A program made the position numbers and the translations under genes. A DNA stretch of 64,000 nucleotides from Myxococcota bacterium (GTDB taxonomy: Bacteria > Myxococcota_A > Polyangia > Polyangiales > Houyiibacteriaceae), in NCBI GenBank assembly GCA_039030515.1, contig JBCCEA010000005.1:32001-96000 (forward strand), in the 5' to 3' direction. Below the pieces are notes generated by a model that saw nothing but the letters and a program-made list of their open reading frames with translations, searched no databases and was not told where the DNA came from. Positions within the stretch are counted from its first letter, which is position 1. Each line of letters opens with the position of its first letter. This document shows, piece after piece, positions 11,086 to 20,533 of the stretch.

Positions 11086-11107
11086 GCCTCGCTTCGGCGG
11101 GGCTTTT
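11086..11107 (+). terminator. Intrinsic terminator of the tRNA
   Basis: GCCTCGC-TTCG-GCGGGGC hairpin followed by TTTT; a second hairpin GGGTCA-N6-TGACCC at 11062-11079. Confidence 0.75.
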
Positions 11108-11369
11108 GTGGTTTTGAAGCTCGCATGCGGATACGTTTGTGATTCAGGACCTAATCCCAGATGGCCACGAAACTGAACTCTACGAGCAAATCTGGCAGGA
11201 GAAGGAAGTAGAGGACCTTAGACATGGCGTCGCAACGGATGACGACGCCCGCGCTCGAGCTGAAGCCTTCCTAAGCTCCAGAAGACGGCTCACTCGAATC
11301 GACCGAGTGGACTGCAGCTTCCTTCGTTGGCACGATGCGTGAGTCCGGTGATACGCCAGCTGCCGACAT

Positions 11370-11696
11370 ATGAGCGAACGACCTATCCGAGAAATCCCCT
11401 TGAGGGCGATGAAGACCTGCGCTCCTATCAAGCGGGAAGATCTGCTGCATAACTTCAGTGTCCTCGTGCACGCGATGCAGCGAATCTACTCGCTCGTGAG
11501 CCCCCTGCGGTTCAGCTTGAGGTACATCAACCTGATCCATCATCGGGCGATCGCTTCTGCGCTCGGATCGGACGTGCAGTGGTCAGAGCTGGTGGCGAAA
11601 GACTTCATCCGCGTCCCCTGCGGTCTGGCAGGCCTGGAGCGTATCGCCTTTGGTGCTGAGTATTCAGGACCAAAGACTTCCCGTCGACGACCTTGA
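11370..11696 (+). pseudogene. Possible gene remnant (TIGR04255-like fragment)
   Basis: 'LRFSLRYINLI' resembles the R-x-x-LRYIN motif; short ORF among fragmented ORFs downstream of the tRNA. Confidence 0.3.
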
Positions 11697-11818
11697 AGAT
11701 CTCTTGAAGTACATTCAGAAGCTCGCAAGGGATGATGAACTCGCGGCAAGCCACTAGTCGATCGGAAAACTCCAGGACCACCGGTTGCCAACACCGTGTC
11801 ATGGGAGCGTCCTGAGGA

Positions 11819-11881
11819 TGTCTCATGCCGTGCCGGTGATCGACGACGACACCGTCGTGATTCTCAACACGGCATGAGACA
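11819..11881. repeat. 63-bp element with perfect 14-bp terminal inverted repeats (MITE/transposon-end-like)
   Basis: TGTCTCATGCCGTG (11819-11832) and CACGGCATGAGACA (11868-11881); TGT...ACA termini. Confidence 0.65.
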
Positions 11882-12172
11882 AACTTTACTTAGACGGTAA
11901 GGCAGTAGCCGGCCGTGCCTCAAGGTTCTTGTCCGAGCTATCTCTCACAGCGCGATTGACACGGAGTCTCATCGTGACTGTGATCAGGATTGGACTGGGA
12001 TTGCCCGGTCGGCGCCTCGCCTCGGTGTATGCCGGGGCGTTTCGCTATGCCAAGGTGAAGGGCATGGCTTGAATCAGATCGTTTAGGTCCTGATAGAGGC
12101 GGTTCCGAACAGACGCTCCTGCGCTTCCGAGACCGTGTCCCGGGCGACATCTCATCGCCTGCAGGCAGATCG

Positions 12173-12229
12173 ATAATGGAATAAATTTTTGCCATTGAGC
12201 TCTCTATAGGCAATAATAAATTCCATTAT
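12173..12229 (+). promoter_or_regulatory. Inverted-repeat operator region upstream of the hipB-like gene
   Basis: ATAATGGAAT (12173-12182) / ATTCCATTAT (12220-12229) perfect IR with inner TTGCC/GGCAA, overlapping the start codon. Confidence 0.65.
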
Positions 12230-12560
12230 GCTTCAGAAAACTTCAGAGCCGCATCCTGCTGTTCAGCGGATTCTCAAGAAGCTCGGAGCGAATATTCGCC
12301 TGGCACGCCTTCGTCGCGGGTTTTCAGCAGAGCTGGTCGCAGAGCGTGCGGGCATGTCTCGCCCAACCCTACGCGCAGTCGAACACGGTGAACCGAGCGT
12401 CAAGATCGGCTCATACGCGAAAGTGCTGCACACCCTTGGTCTGTATGAAGATCTCGCGCTTGTCGCACGTGACGATGCATTGGGAAGAAAGCTGCAGGAT
12501 GCCGACTTGCCTACCCGCCGAAGAGCGCGGAAGCGAACCTCCAAGGACCCGGCTCAGTGA
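12228..12560 (+). CDS. hipB: XRE-family HTH antitoxin (HipB-like)
   Basis: 'LGANIRLARLRRG...VAERAGMSRPTLRAVEHG...LARDDALGRKLQDA'; overlaps the hipA start. Confidence 0.85.
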   Translation: MLQKTSEPHPAVQRILKKLGANIRLARLRRGFSAELVAERAGMSRPTLRAVEHGEPSVKIGSYAKVLHTLGLYEDLALVARDDALGRKLQDADLPTRRRARKRTSKDPAQ

Positions 12561-13836
12561 GTGCGCGGCGCGAGATCGATGTGGTGGCGGATTGGGATGG
12601 CCTCGCCTGTCCCACCTTCATGGGAACGCTATCGGTCACGCAGGTACGAGGAAACGAGGTATTCGCCTTCGAATACGACACACAGTGGCTTGCATCGGCT
12701 TCACGACAGCAGCTCGATCCTTCGCTCCTGCTGTACCGCGGGCCGCAATACCCCTCGGGCGGGCGCAGCAACTTCGGCGTGTTCCTCGACTCCTCTCCAG
12801 ACCGCTGGGGCAGAGTTCTGATGCGGCGCAGAGAAGCTCAGCTAGCGCGAGAGCAAGGCAGGGATGAACGCAAACTACTCGAGTCTGACTACCTCTTGGG
12901 CGTGCACGATGGTCATCGGATGGGCGCGCTGCGTTTTAGAGTGGGTACGCGTTTTTTGGACGACAACGATCGACTCGCGTCTCCACCGTGGACCTCTCTC
13001 AGAGCGCTCGAGCGAGCGAGCCTTCAATTGGAGCGGCAAGGCGCAGAGGATGATCCGGACTATGGCCGGTGGCTGCAGATGCTTATCGCTCCCGGAGGAT
13101 CTCTCGGGGGTGCCCGACCAAAGGCGAGCGTCTGCGATGAACGCGGGAGGTTGTGGATTGCCAAATTTCCCAGCCGAAATGACGAATATGATACCGGAGC
13201 TTGGGAATTCGTGATGCATGCGCTGGCTACCGCCGCTGGTCTGACGGTCCCTGAAGCAAGAATCGAGTGCTACGGCCATGTCCGGGAGGAAGGTCGCGGG
13301 CATCGAACCTTCTTGAGTCGCCGCTTTGATCGTCTAGCAACAGGCGCTCGCCTTCATTTTTCATCTGCGATGACACTACTCGAACGTCAGGATGGTCACG
13401 ACGCAAACGATGGAGCCAGCTATCTTGAACTGGCCGACCTGCTTATGCGCCTCGGATCGAATACGTCGAGGGATCTCGAGCAACTGTGGCGACGCATCGT
13501 ATTCTTTATGTGCGTCTCCAATACAGACGATCATCTCCGCAATCACGGCTTTATGCTGAAGCGCGAAGGATGGGCCCTCGCTCCCGCATACGATATGAAT
13601 CCAGATGCATTTGGAGAGGGCCTGCGGCTCAACGTCTCCGAGACGGACAATGCTCAGGATCTCGAGCTCGCGAAAGCCACGGCCTCAGGGTTTCGTATAA
13701 AAAAAAAAGGGCCGAGGCGATCGTCACCGAGGTTGTACACGCGGTGCGTGGCTGGAGGAACGTCGCGACACGTCAGGGCATTTCTCGAGCGGAGCAAGAT
13801 AGGATGAAGCGAGCCTTTCGCTTGGCGGATGTGTGA
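12557..13836 (+). CDS. hipA: HipA-family kinase toxin, frameshifted at an A10 run near the C-terminus
   Basis: 'SLGGARPKAS', 'WIAKFP', 'RRFDR', 'NTDDHLRNHGF', 'LAPAYDMNP'. The typical C-terminus (RAEAIVTEVVHAVRGWRNVA...MKRAF, stop 13836) is in the -1 frame after the A-run at 13699-13708; the zero frame stops at 13807. Confidence 0.9.
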
Positions 13837-13897
13837 CCATGCATCACTGCCGGTTCCTTGTCGGGAGGTGCACCGCCAAGGTATGGCTCGTCCGAGT

Positions 13898-14971
13898 ATG
13901 AAACGCGCGAATCCTCTGGGTGCCCTACTGCTGCGCTGCGACGCCTCAAGGCAGACGGGCCTTGGGCATCTTTCTCGCTGTCTCGCCCTTGCAGACGAAT
14001 GGAAGCTCCGGGGAGGCCACGCGCTCTTTTTGATGCGATCCCTTCAACCTGATTTCAGCGATTTGGTGCGCACGCGGGGTCACCGGGCGCGGTTTGTCGA
14101 GGATGCTTCCGCACGGGGTACACCGGCTGCGGGCGAAATGGACCCGCTACCGAAGTCGGACGCAGAAGCGGTGGTCGCCGTCGCTGATGAGATACAGGCG
14201 GAGTGCATCGTCATCGACACCTACCTCGCCGGCGATTCCTATGTGTCCTGCGCCAAGCGCGGCGCATGGCAGATCCTGGTGATCGACGATGAAAGTGGAC
14301 GCAAGCTCTGTGATGCCGACGTGGTGGTCGATGTAGCCCGTACCGTCCCGCGCACCCCGAGATGGCTTGTGGGACCGAGCAGCGCGCTGCTGCATGCGGC
14401 TTTTGGTCGTCAGAGGCAGCAAAGGACGCCGCAGGACCGCAGCGGACTGCCCCGCAAGATTCTGCTCGCACTCGGTACGGCGGGCGGTCCCGAGCTTCCG
14501 CTGCGCATCGCCCACTACGTTCGCGATCTCTTGCCGAACGCCGATGTCTTCGTGGTGGTCACTCAGACCCTTTCGCCCCTCATGGCCGAGTCGCAAAAAG
14601 GCCTGGAGTTTGGTCATTCGCTCACCCCAGACGAGATGGCGCAGCGCATGGCCTGGGCAGACCTAGCGATCGCGACTCCCAGTACGGTCGCCTGGGAGCT
14701 CGCCACCGTGGGTGTGCCGTCCATTCTCAAAATCACGGTCGACAATCAGACGCCCGTCGCCGACCGAATCGCAGAGGATACGGTTGCCCCGATCGCTGAG
14801 ACCGTCGAGGAGCTGGAGCGATCGATCAAGACCTACCTCGCTCTAGATGCTCAGGAACGACGTGCACGCAGCGATCGATTCCGGGCGCTCTGCGATGGCG
14901 GAGGATGCGTGAGGGCCGTCGACGAGCTCCTTGCACCCCGCATTCAAAGACCTGCCGGTTCGGTGCAGTAA
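13898..14971 (+). CDS. pseG: PseG/SpsG-like UDP-sugar hydrolase/glycosyltransferase
   Basis: 'LRCDAS..TGLGHLSRCLALA', 'IVIDTY', 'STVAWELATVGVP', 'VDNQ', 'DGGG'. Confidence 0.75.
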   Translation: MKRANPLGALLLRCDASRQTGLGHLSRCLALADEWKLRGGHALFLMRSLQPDFSDLVRTRGHRARFVEDASARGTPAAGEMDPLPKSDAEAVVAVADEIQAECIVIDTYLAGDSYVSCAKRGAWQILVIDDESGRKLCDADVVVDVARTVPRTPRWLVGPSSALLHAAFGRQRQQRTPQDRSGLPRKILLALGTAGGPELPLRIAHYVRDLLPNADVFVVVTQTLSPLMAESQKGLEFGHSLTPDEMAQRMAWADLAIATPSTVAWELATVGVPSILKITVDNQTPVADRIAEDTVAPIAETVEELERSIKTYLALDAQERRARSDRFRALCDGGGCVRAVDELLAPRIQRPAGSVQ

Positions 14972-15078
14972 AGAAGACCTAGAGACCGACGGGCGCTTCA
15001 AGCCTCATCACAAGCATCCGCCGCACGCACTGCGCACTGTAGCCGACGCACTGCGCACTGTACCTGATATGGATCGTA

Positions 15079-15105
15079 ATCCACAGTGCCTGGTACGACT
15101 TGTCT
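15079..15105 (+). repeat. 27-bp dispersed motif, copy a
   Basis: ATCCACAGTGCCTGGTACGACTTGTCT; 23/27 identical to the reverse complement of 24057-24083. Confidence 0.6.
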
Positions 15106-15192
15106 TGTTCAGTCAAACTAGAGGGCAAGCACGGTGAAGAACTAGCTTACACGCCCAAAAATTCGTACTTCATTGGTTAAGGGGCCCAAAGT

Positions 15193-16335
15193 TTGCCTGA
15201 AAAACATTCTCCAAAGAGCACACCCAGTCGGCGGAGAGGTTATCTCTCTGCAGGGGGCGTAGTTTTTGTGTCGTTGCTTTTCAAGGTAATATTAGCTCTC
15301 ATCGCATTTGGATATTACCGATTTTTCACATGGCGATTTAGAGATCTAGAACCTTTAGAGCCGATACACCCGATACACCCGATACACCCGCTGCCCAGAC
15401 AATTCCCTTGGCGCCCTCCTCATGCCCCGTCCCCCAGGTCCAATTGGTCGCTGCAGCAAGCTACCCCCCACCCAGGAGGGATTCCTCTCTGCGTAGCGAT
15501 CTGGAAAGGAGCGAACACGAGTACGTGGGGCCCTGTCATGACGGGACAGGCCAACCACTGGCTGTCTCCAAGAGACAAAGCCTGGGAGGTTCCTCAGGGA
15601 ATTCATGGTGTTGTGGTCAACCCCTTTCCGGGGTGCGAAGCGGTCTTAATTCGACCTGATGGTACTTCGCTGACGATACCCGCAGCGGGTCCTCGAACCT
15701 TTGCTAGTGCATTCGGTACCATGCCAACGAGCATCACCGCGAGGTCGACCAGGGACCGCAAAGTACGAGTCGACAGTTTTTATGCGATGCGTGCAACGGC
15801 ACCTGCGAACCCAGCTCGGTTTTTCGAACCAATGCTTCGCGCCTTGCCGGAGGGCATCAATGGCCTAAACGGGATCTTCGGTCCAGACACGCTGGCGCTT
15901 CACCCTTCTCGCCCAGATACGGAAATCGATAATCCTAGTTCTCCGCATGCAGCCGAGGAGTATCGCGACGGTCTTGTAGTGTACAGAAACGGAGGGCATC
16001 TGGCGGTGGTCAATGCGATGCTCTCCAATCTCTACGGTCCGGCAAGCTTGGTAGACGCACATGGGAGCCGCGGATTCAGCGATGACCGGGTAGGGACACT
16101 CATGAGAGATCTCGATTTGCATGGTTTTGGGGTCGGGCTTCGGCGAGACCACCGAGGAGAGATCGTGGGGCTCGAGATACACTGGAAATCCCGTGGCGTG
16201 AATTGCGTCCGCGACCCCAGGTCCGGAGCCCTTGTGAAGCCTGATAAGAGGCACGAGATCACGGCCGCACTTAGGAAGCTATACCGAGGGCCTATCACTT
16301 TCGTCGAAGACCCACCTGTTGCGTGTCCGCGCTAG
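15193..16335 (+). CDS. Orphan membrane-anchored/secreted protein, paralogue 1 of a three-member family
   Basis: N-terminal hydrophobic helix, (PIH)3 linker, then CVAIW, FPGCE, NGIFG, HPS, GGH, WKSRGVNC, PPVAC; collinear with the ORFs at 20396 and 56725. Confidence 0.8.
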   Translation: MPEKHSPKSTPSRRRGYLSAGGVVFVSLLFKVILALIAFGYYRFFTWRFRDLEPLEPIHPIHPIHPLPRQFPWRPPHAPSPRSNWSLQQATPHPGGIPLCVAIWKGANTSTWGPVMTGQANHWLSPRDKAWEVPQGIHGVVVNPFPGCEAVLIRPDGTSLTIPAAGPRTFASAFGTMPTSITARSTRDRKVRVDSFYAMRATAPANPARFFEPMLRALPEGINGLNGIFGPDTLALHPSRPDTEIDNPSSPHAAEEYRDGLVVYRNGGHLAVVNAMLSNLYGPASLVDAHGSRGFSDDRVGTLMRDLDLHGFGVGLRRDHRGEIVGLEIHWKSRGVNCVRDPRSGALVKPDKRHEITAALRKLYRGPITFVEDPPVACPR

Positions 16336-16368
16336 CGGGTCGCCTAGTTCTCCCTCTACCGCGCCGAC

Positions 16369-16417
16369 ATTTACCGTACCTGGTATGGTTTGTCCTGGCC
16401 TTGTCCAGGTTCACAGG
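16369..16417 (+). repeat. 27-47-bp dispersed motif, copy b
   Basis: ATTTACCGTACCTGGTATGGTTTGTCC (16369-16395); 23/27 identical to the reverse complement of 24112-24138; similarity extends to TCACAG. Confidence 0.6.
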
Positions 16418-16560
16418 GCACGTGGCTGGAGCCATTGTCGATGCGACCTCGCACCGAAGTCGGCACCCTGCTAGACGGCGAAGATTGCAGAGCGATCTTC
16501 GAACCGAGGGCTGCACGGGGCGCTGATCTTAGGGGGCACATCAATGCATTTGGGGGATTC

Positions 16561-17325
16561 ATGATGGAACTGAGCGCCGTCATTCAAGCGCGGATGTCTT
16601 CGCGGCGTTTGCCCGGCAAGGTGATGCGTGACCTCGGCGGAACACCTGCGCTGGCTCACGTCGTCAAACGCTGCCGCGGCTTTGCGACTCAAGTCGTCGT
16701 GTGTACCAGCACCGACGCAAGCGACGACCCGATCGCAGGCTGGTGCGACCGTGAAGAAGTGCTCGTGGTCCGCGGCTCACTCGACAACGTATTTGCCAGA
16801 TTCCGCCAAACGCTACGCCACCCGCAGCTGAGGCAGACAGAGTTCTTCGCGAGGGTGACTGCAGACTGCCCACTCGTGAGCGATACCCTCGCGAACGAGG
16901 CGCTCCAAGTCGCGAGCTCAGAGCACGCCGACTACGTGGGCTTTGCTCCCGATTCCGCAGCAAGGGGGCTCGCCGTCGAAATCCTACGGACGCAAGCTTT
17001 TGAACGCATCGATATCGAATCGCTGTCTCGCTACGAACGCGAGCATGTGGCGCCGCGACTCTACAACGGCGTTGGCCACTTCAACGCGGTCTACATCAGC
17101 GCCCCGAAGGAGCTGGCGCATGCAGAGGTGCGTCTCACCCTCGACTATCCGGAGGATGCTGCGCTGCTCGATACGCTTTTATCGACCGACACCGACATGA
17201 CGGCCGAAGAAGCGGTGCGCCGGGTACTCGAAGATCCGCAGCTTTTTCGAATGAACGCCCATTGTAGGCAGCTGACCGACAATCAGCAGCGGAGCGAACC
17301 CGACAAAGAGCCCGGCGCGAACTGA
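16561..17325 (+). CDS. SpsF/PseF-like cytidylyltransferase
   Basis: 'VIQARMSSRRLPGKV', 'RGSLDNVFARF', 'RVTADCP', 'REHV', 'RLTLDYPED'. Confidence 0.85.
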   Translation: MMELSAVIQARMSSRRLPGKVMRDLGGTPALAHVVKRCRGFATQVVVCTSTDASDDPIAGWCDREEVLVVRGSLDNVFARFRQTLRHPQLRQTEFFARVTADCPLVSDTLANEALQVASSEHADYVGFAPDSAARGLAVEILRTQAFERIDIESLSRYEREHVAPRLYNGVGHFNAVYISAPKELAHAEVRLTLDYPEDAALLDTLLSTDTDMTAEEAVRRVLEDPQLFRMNAHCRQLTDNQQRSEPDKEPGAN

Positions 17326-17373
17326 CTCGCTTGGCCTTGTTCCAATCCTTCGGCAGAGGAGTCGGGCAGATGC

Positions 17374-17592
17374 AATAAGACGCAATCGATACAGCAGTCT
17401 CCAATAGCTAGAGTCCTTGGAGTGGCTTAGGACGGATCGTAAAAGGCTGGTATTTTGCACGTCAGACGACAGCGCGGTGAACTTCGCCGAACCCACATGA
17501 TTGCGGTTTGGAGCTTGTTTGCCGCCATCGTTGCACTTCTGATGCGTCCCAGAGCACGCACGCTCACGCTCGTAAGCCAGGGGATCCACCGC
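17374..17592 (+). repeat. 219-bp direct repeat A, copy 1 (dead-end 5' part of paralogue 2)
   Basis: Aligns ungapped with 20315-20533, about 9 mismatches by manual count. Confidence 0.95.
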
Positions 17593-17819
17593 TTCCGGCA
17601 ATGCGAATTGACATCCCCCTCTGCTTTGACGTTTTCTGAACGCAGGCCATATCGACCAAGGTCTGTTTCGAGCAGCAAGCGAAGGTGTTCCGCAGGGCCG
17701 GGCTCTTTCCCATCTTATGTCAAACATCATGCTCAATGAGTTTGATCAGTGGCTAGAGGCGAAATACTTAAGCAAGAAAGCTCGCTGAGCATGGAACTTC
17801 GGCTACAGCAAACCCGGCC

Positions 17820-18295
17820 CATCTGTCGGCCTTCATCGACCTCTACGCTAGGCGCGTTGTCGGCTATGCACTTGCGGACCGTAAGCGCACTGAGCTGTCG
17901 CTCCAAGCCTTTCAGCGCTCCCTTGCACTTTGCGGTGTCGGCGCCTCTCTTATCCTTCACAGCAACCGTGGGGATGAATGCGCAAGTCACGACTTTCGAG
18001 TCCTTCTCCAAGCGGTAGGTGCCATGCAGAGCGTAAGCGAAGCCGGCAACTGCTACGACAACGCCGTTGCAGAATCCTTCTTCGCTTCACTCGAACAAGT
18101 CTTGATCATGCGCACCCGATTCGAGACACGACAAAACGCCATGGCCAGCGTCACCTACTACATCCATAATTTCTATAACCCTATACGGCGGCATTCCCAC
18201 AATGGGCTTGTCAGACCAGAGAAGGCCTTCCTTGCATCCTTTCAACCCCTGGCTGCTTGAACATTTCTTCTCTCCACTTTTTCCGGGCAACTCCA
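17820..18295 (+). mobile_element. IS3-family remnant (integrase-core C-terminal part plus right end)
   Basis: Frame reads 'FIDLYARRVVGY...LILHSNRG...SEAGNCYDNAVAESFF...FYNPIRRHS' (stop 18260); catalytic HSD reads HSN; IRR-like TCTCCACTTTTTCCGGGCAACTCCA ends at 18295; orfA and left end not found. Confidence 0.85.
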
Positions 18296-18444
18296 CCGGA
18301 AACATAAAGTTCCGAAGAAAGGGCATTTCAGCCTCTTTCAATCAGCTTTAATTTCATAATATTCCGTTTATACTGAAGACCGATCCATATGCAGTATTGT
18401 ATGAGAAGACAAGGCTCGATTGCTGAATACGGAGGAGGGCTTCC

Positions 18445-20304
18445 TTGATATTAGGGTTCGAAGAAGAACTTACAGACTACTTTAATCTCATCAAAAGATT
18501 ACGAACTATATCCCCAATTAACCAAGAACGAAGCCAAACAGTTCCACTAAACGTAATCGATAGCTTGTCCTACTTTCAAGACGGATCCGAACTTCAACTG
18601 GCCCCGATCGCTAACCAGCTGAGACTCGCCGCAAGCAACATTCCAAGGGCAACGATGACGATCCGCAAGCTCAAAGAAAAACAATGCTTTGTTCTCTTGA
18701 GTTATAGTCCTTACCCGCATTTTCAGATCTTCTTCCGCAGTCGTACATCCCCTGTCATCGCTGATAACCTAGCTCTTTTTGTCGCGCGATTCGCTTGCGG
18801 AGAGGGATGGCAACGATACAACGCCGTTCAGAGACTCGACATTCCCGTGCGCACTTTAAGACAGAGCGCATCCAAGCCTCATCACGTTGAGAGCATAACT
18901 GAGAGACATCCCTACCCCGCTCTGTGGCCAAACCACCCAACTACGTATGGTGAACAGTTCAGACACCCAACTACCGATAAACATGCCAGCAGATCCTCAC
19001 TACTTGTGCAAGCTTTTCAAATTGCGACATGCGGTACATCTTCTCAACGAAGTGACAACAACGAATCTCAGTCAACAGATGACGAATGTTCCGTATTCGG
19101 CATTACGCCTTTCTCGGGGTTCGCTGCAGTCATACGATTTATCCGACTGGGGAGATTAAGAGTTTTGAAGGTTGAACCTTGGCAACGAAGCCCAGGAGAC
19201 CGAGCGTGGTTACCCCTTCGAAAAAAACCAGATCACATAACAAAACACCACGCCATGGTGACAAAGATGTTGGCGGGACGAAGCCTTGTCGATGATGCGG
19301 TAGCGCATATCGTTCATTGGCTCACCCAGTGCATCGAGAATCATGCAAATGCCGCTGAGCAAGACAGAGACCTAGATTTTTCTCTGTCATCAAAACTCAT
19401 AGCAGCAAGCTGCAACGCATACTATGAGCCGAGAAACGCCGAGAAACGATACTCACACAAGATTGAGGCAAACCTAGACGACTATGCTGACCTCAACCGA
19501 TTAGCGAGAATATTTGTCGCGCACGTTGTAGGATACACCGAAGAGCCTATGAGCTTCCAAAAAATATGGACTCTACTTCGGTTCATCGAGAATTTCATCT
19601 ACTCTAGAAAGATCCATATCGAAACGATAGCAAGACAGCTAGATCACTATTCATTGAATATTTATCTGAACCGATCTAGCTTAGATGAATATGTAACAAA
19701 TTTCGCCCGAGAAATTAGTGCATTAAAACCAGGTCAATGCATTTTCAAACAAAGCGCCTTTGACGGACACGCAATACTTTATCTATTGTTTAGACCTACA
19801 GACCTGTTTATCCAAGGCAGCCCGATCTGCTTTATTGAATGCAACTCAGGTTATCGAGCAGAGAGAAACGGCACCGTTTTCGAGGAGAAAACTCAACCGT
19901 ACTCGGAACTTCGGGCATCGGTCCGTTGTGGGCGCACTTTCTTAAGAAGGCGTCAGATGGAAGAGATGATTATGCCTAATATTTATACGCTAAACTCGCA
20001 CCAAACATGTTCGGAAACAGAAGCGCTGTCGCGACTACTAGGTTATTGGACGCTACAATATCAGAATTCCTTGCCCAAAGATTCCGAAGCATATCAACAG
20101 AGCATCGAAGAACCTCATTGGTCGATTGAACACTATCATCTAGCAAGCTCTTTGAATCATCATCCGCACTTCTCCACACTTCGGCAAATCCTCGCAGTAC
20201 CAGCTCAAGCCGGTGTCAGCTGCACCACTCAGTCACTGCTTATGGGTCTTAGAGCTATGGGCGCGCTGTATTTGGGACCTGCTGTGACAACCGGTAAAGC
20301 TTGA
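18445..20304 (+). CDS. AT-rich orphan with a putative cysteine-protease domain (H...N...Q-x4-C)
   Basis: 619-aa ORF visibly more AT-rich than its flanks; 'DGHAILY', 'FIECNSGY', 'PAQAGVSC'. Start uncertain. Confidence 0.6.
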   Translation: MILGFEEELTDYFNLIKRLRTISPINQERSQTVPLNVIDSLSYFQDGSELQLAPIANQLRLAASNIPRATMTIRKLKEKQCFVLLSYSPYPHFQIFFRSRTSPVIADNLALFVARFACGEGWQRYNAVQRLDIPVRTLRQSASKPHHVESITERHPYPALWPNHPTTYGEQFRHPTTDKHASRSSLLVQAFQIATCGTSSQRSDNNESQSTDDECSVFGITPFSGFAAVIRFIRLGRLRVLKVEPWQRSPGDRAWLPLRKKPDHITKHHAMVTKMLAGRSLVDDAVAHIVHWLTQCIENHANAAEQDRDLDFSLSSKLIAASCNAYYEPRNAEKRYSHKIEANLDDYADLNRLARIFVAHVVGYTEEPMSFQKIWTLLRFIENFIYSRKIHIETIARQLDHYSLNIYLNRSSLDEYVTNFAREISALKPGQCIFKQSAFDGHAILYLLFRPTDLFIQGSPICFIECNSGYRAERNGTVFEEKTQPYSELRASVRCGRTFLRRRQMEEMIMPNIYTLNSHQTCSETEALSRLLGYWTLQYQNSLPKDSEAYQQSIEEPHWSIEHYHLASSLNHHPHFSTLRQILAVPAQAGVSCTTQSLLMGLRAMGALYLGPAVTTGKA

Positions 20305-20314
20305 ATTCTACAGA

Positions 20315-20533
20315 AATAAGACGCAATCGACGCAGCAGTCTCCGATAGCTAGAGTCCTTGGAGTGGCTTAGGCCGGATCGCAGAAGGCTGGTATTTTGCA
20401 CGTCAGACGACAGCGCGGTGAACTTCGCCGAACCCACATGATTGCGGTTTGGAGCTTGTTTGCCGCCATCGTTGCACTTCTGATGCGTCCCAGAGCACGC
20501 ACGCTCACGGTCGTGAGCCAGGGGACCCACCGC
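20315..20533 (+). repeat. 219-bp direct repeat A, copy 2
   Basis: Matches 17374-17592; continues into paralogue 2. Confidence 0.95.

Noticed and set aside
15079..16417. Integron cassette (attC) interpretation
   Set aside because: No RYYYAAC/GTTRRRY boxes recognised and no integron integrase.
17374..20533. Diversity-generating retroelement TR/VR pairs for the ~200-bp repeats
   Set aside because: No reverse transcriptase in the window; mismatches are mostly mixed transitions, not confined to adenines of one copy.
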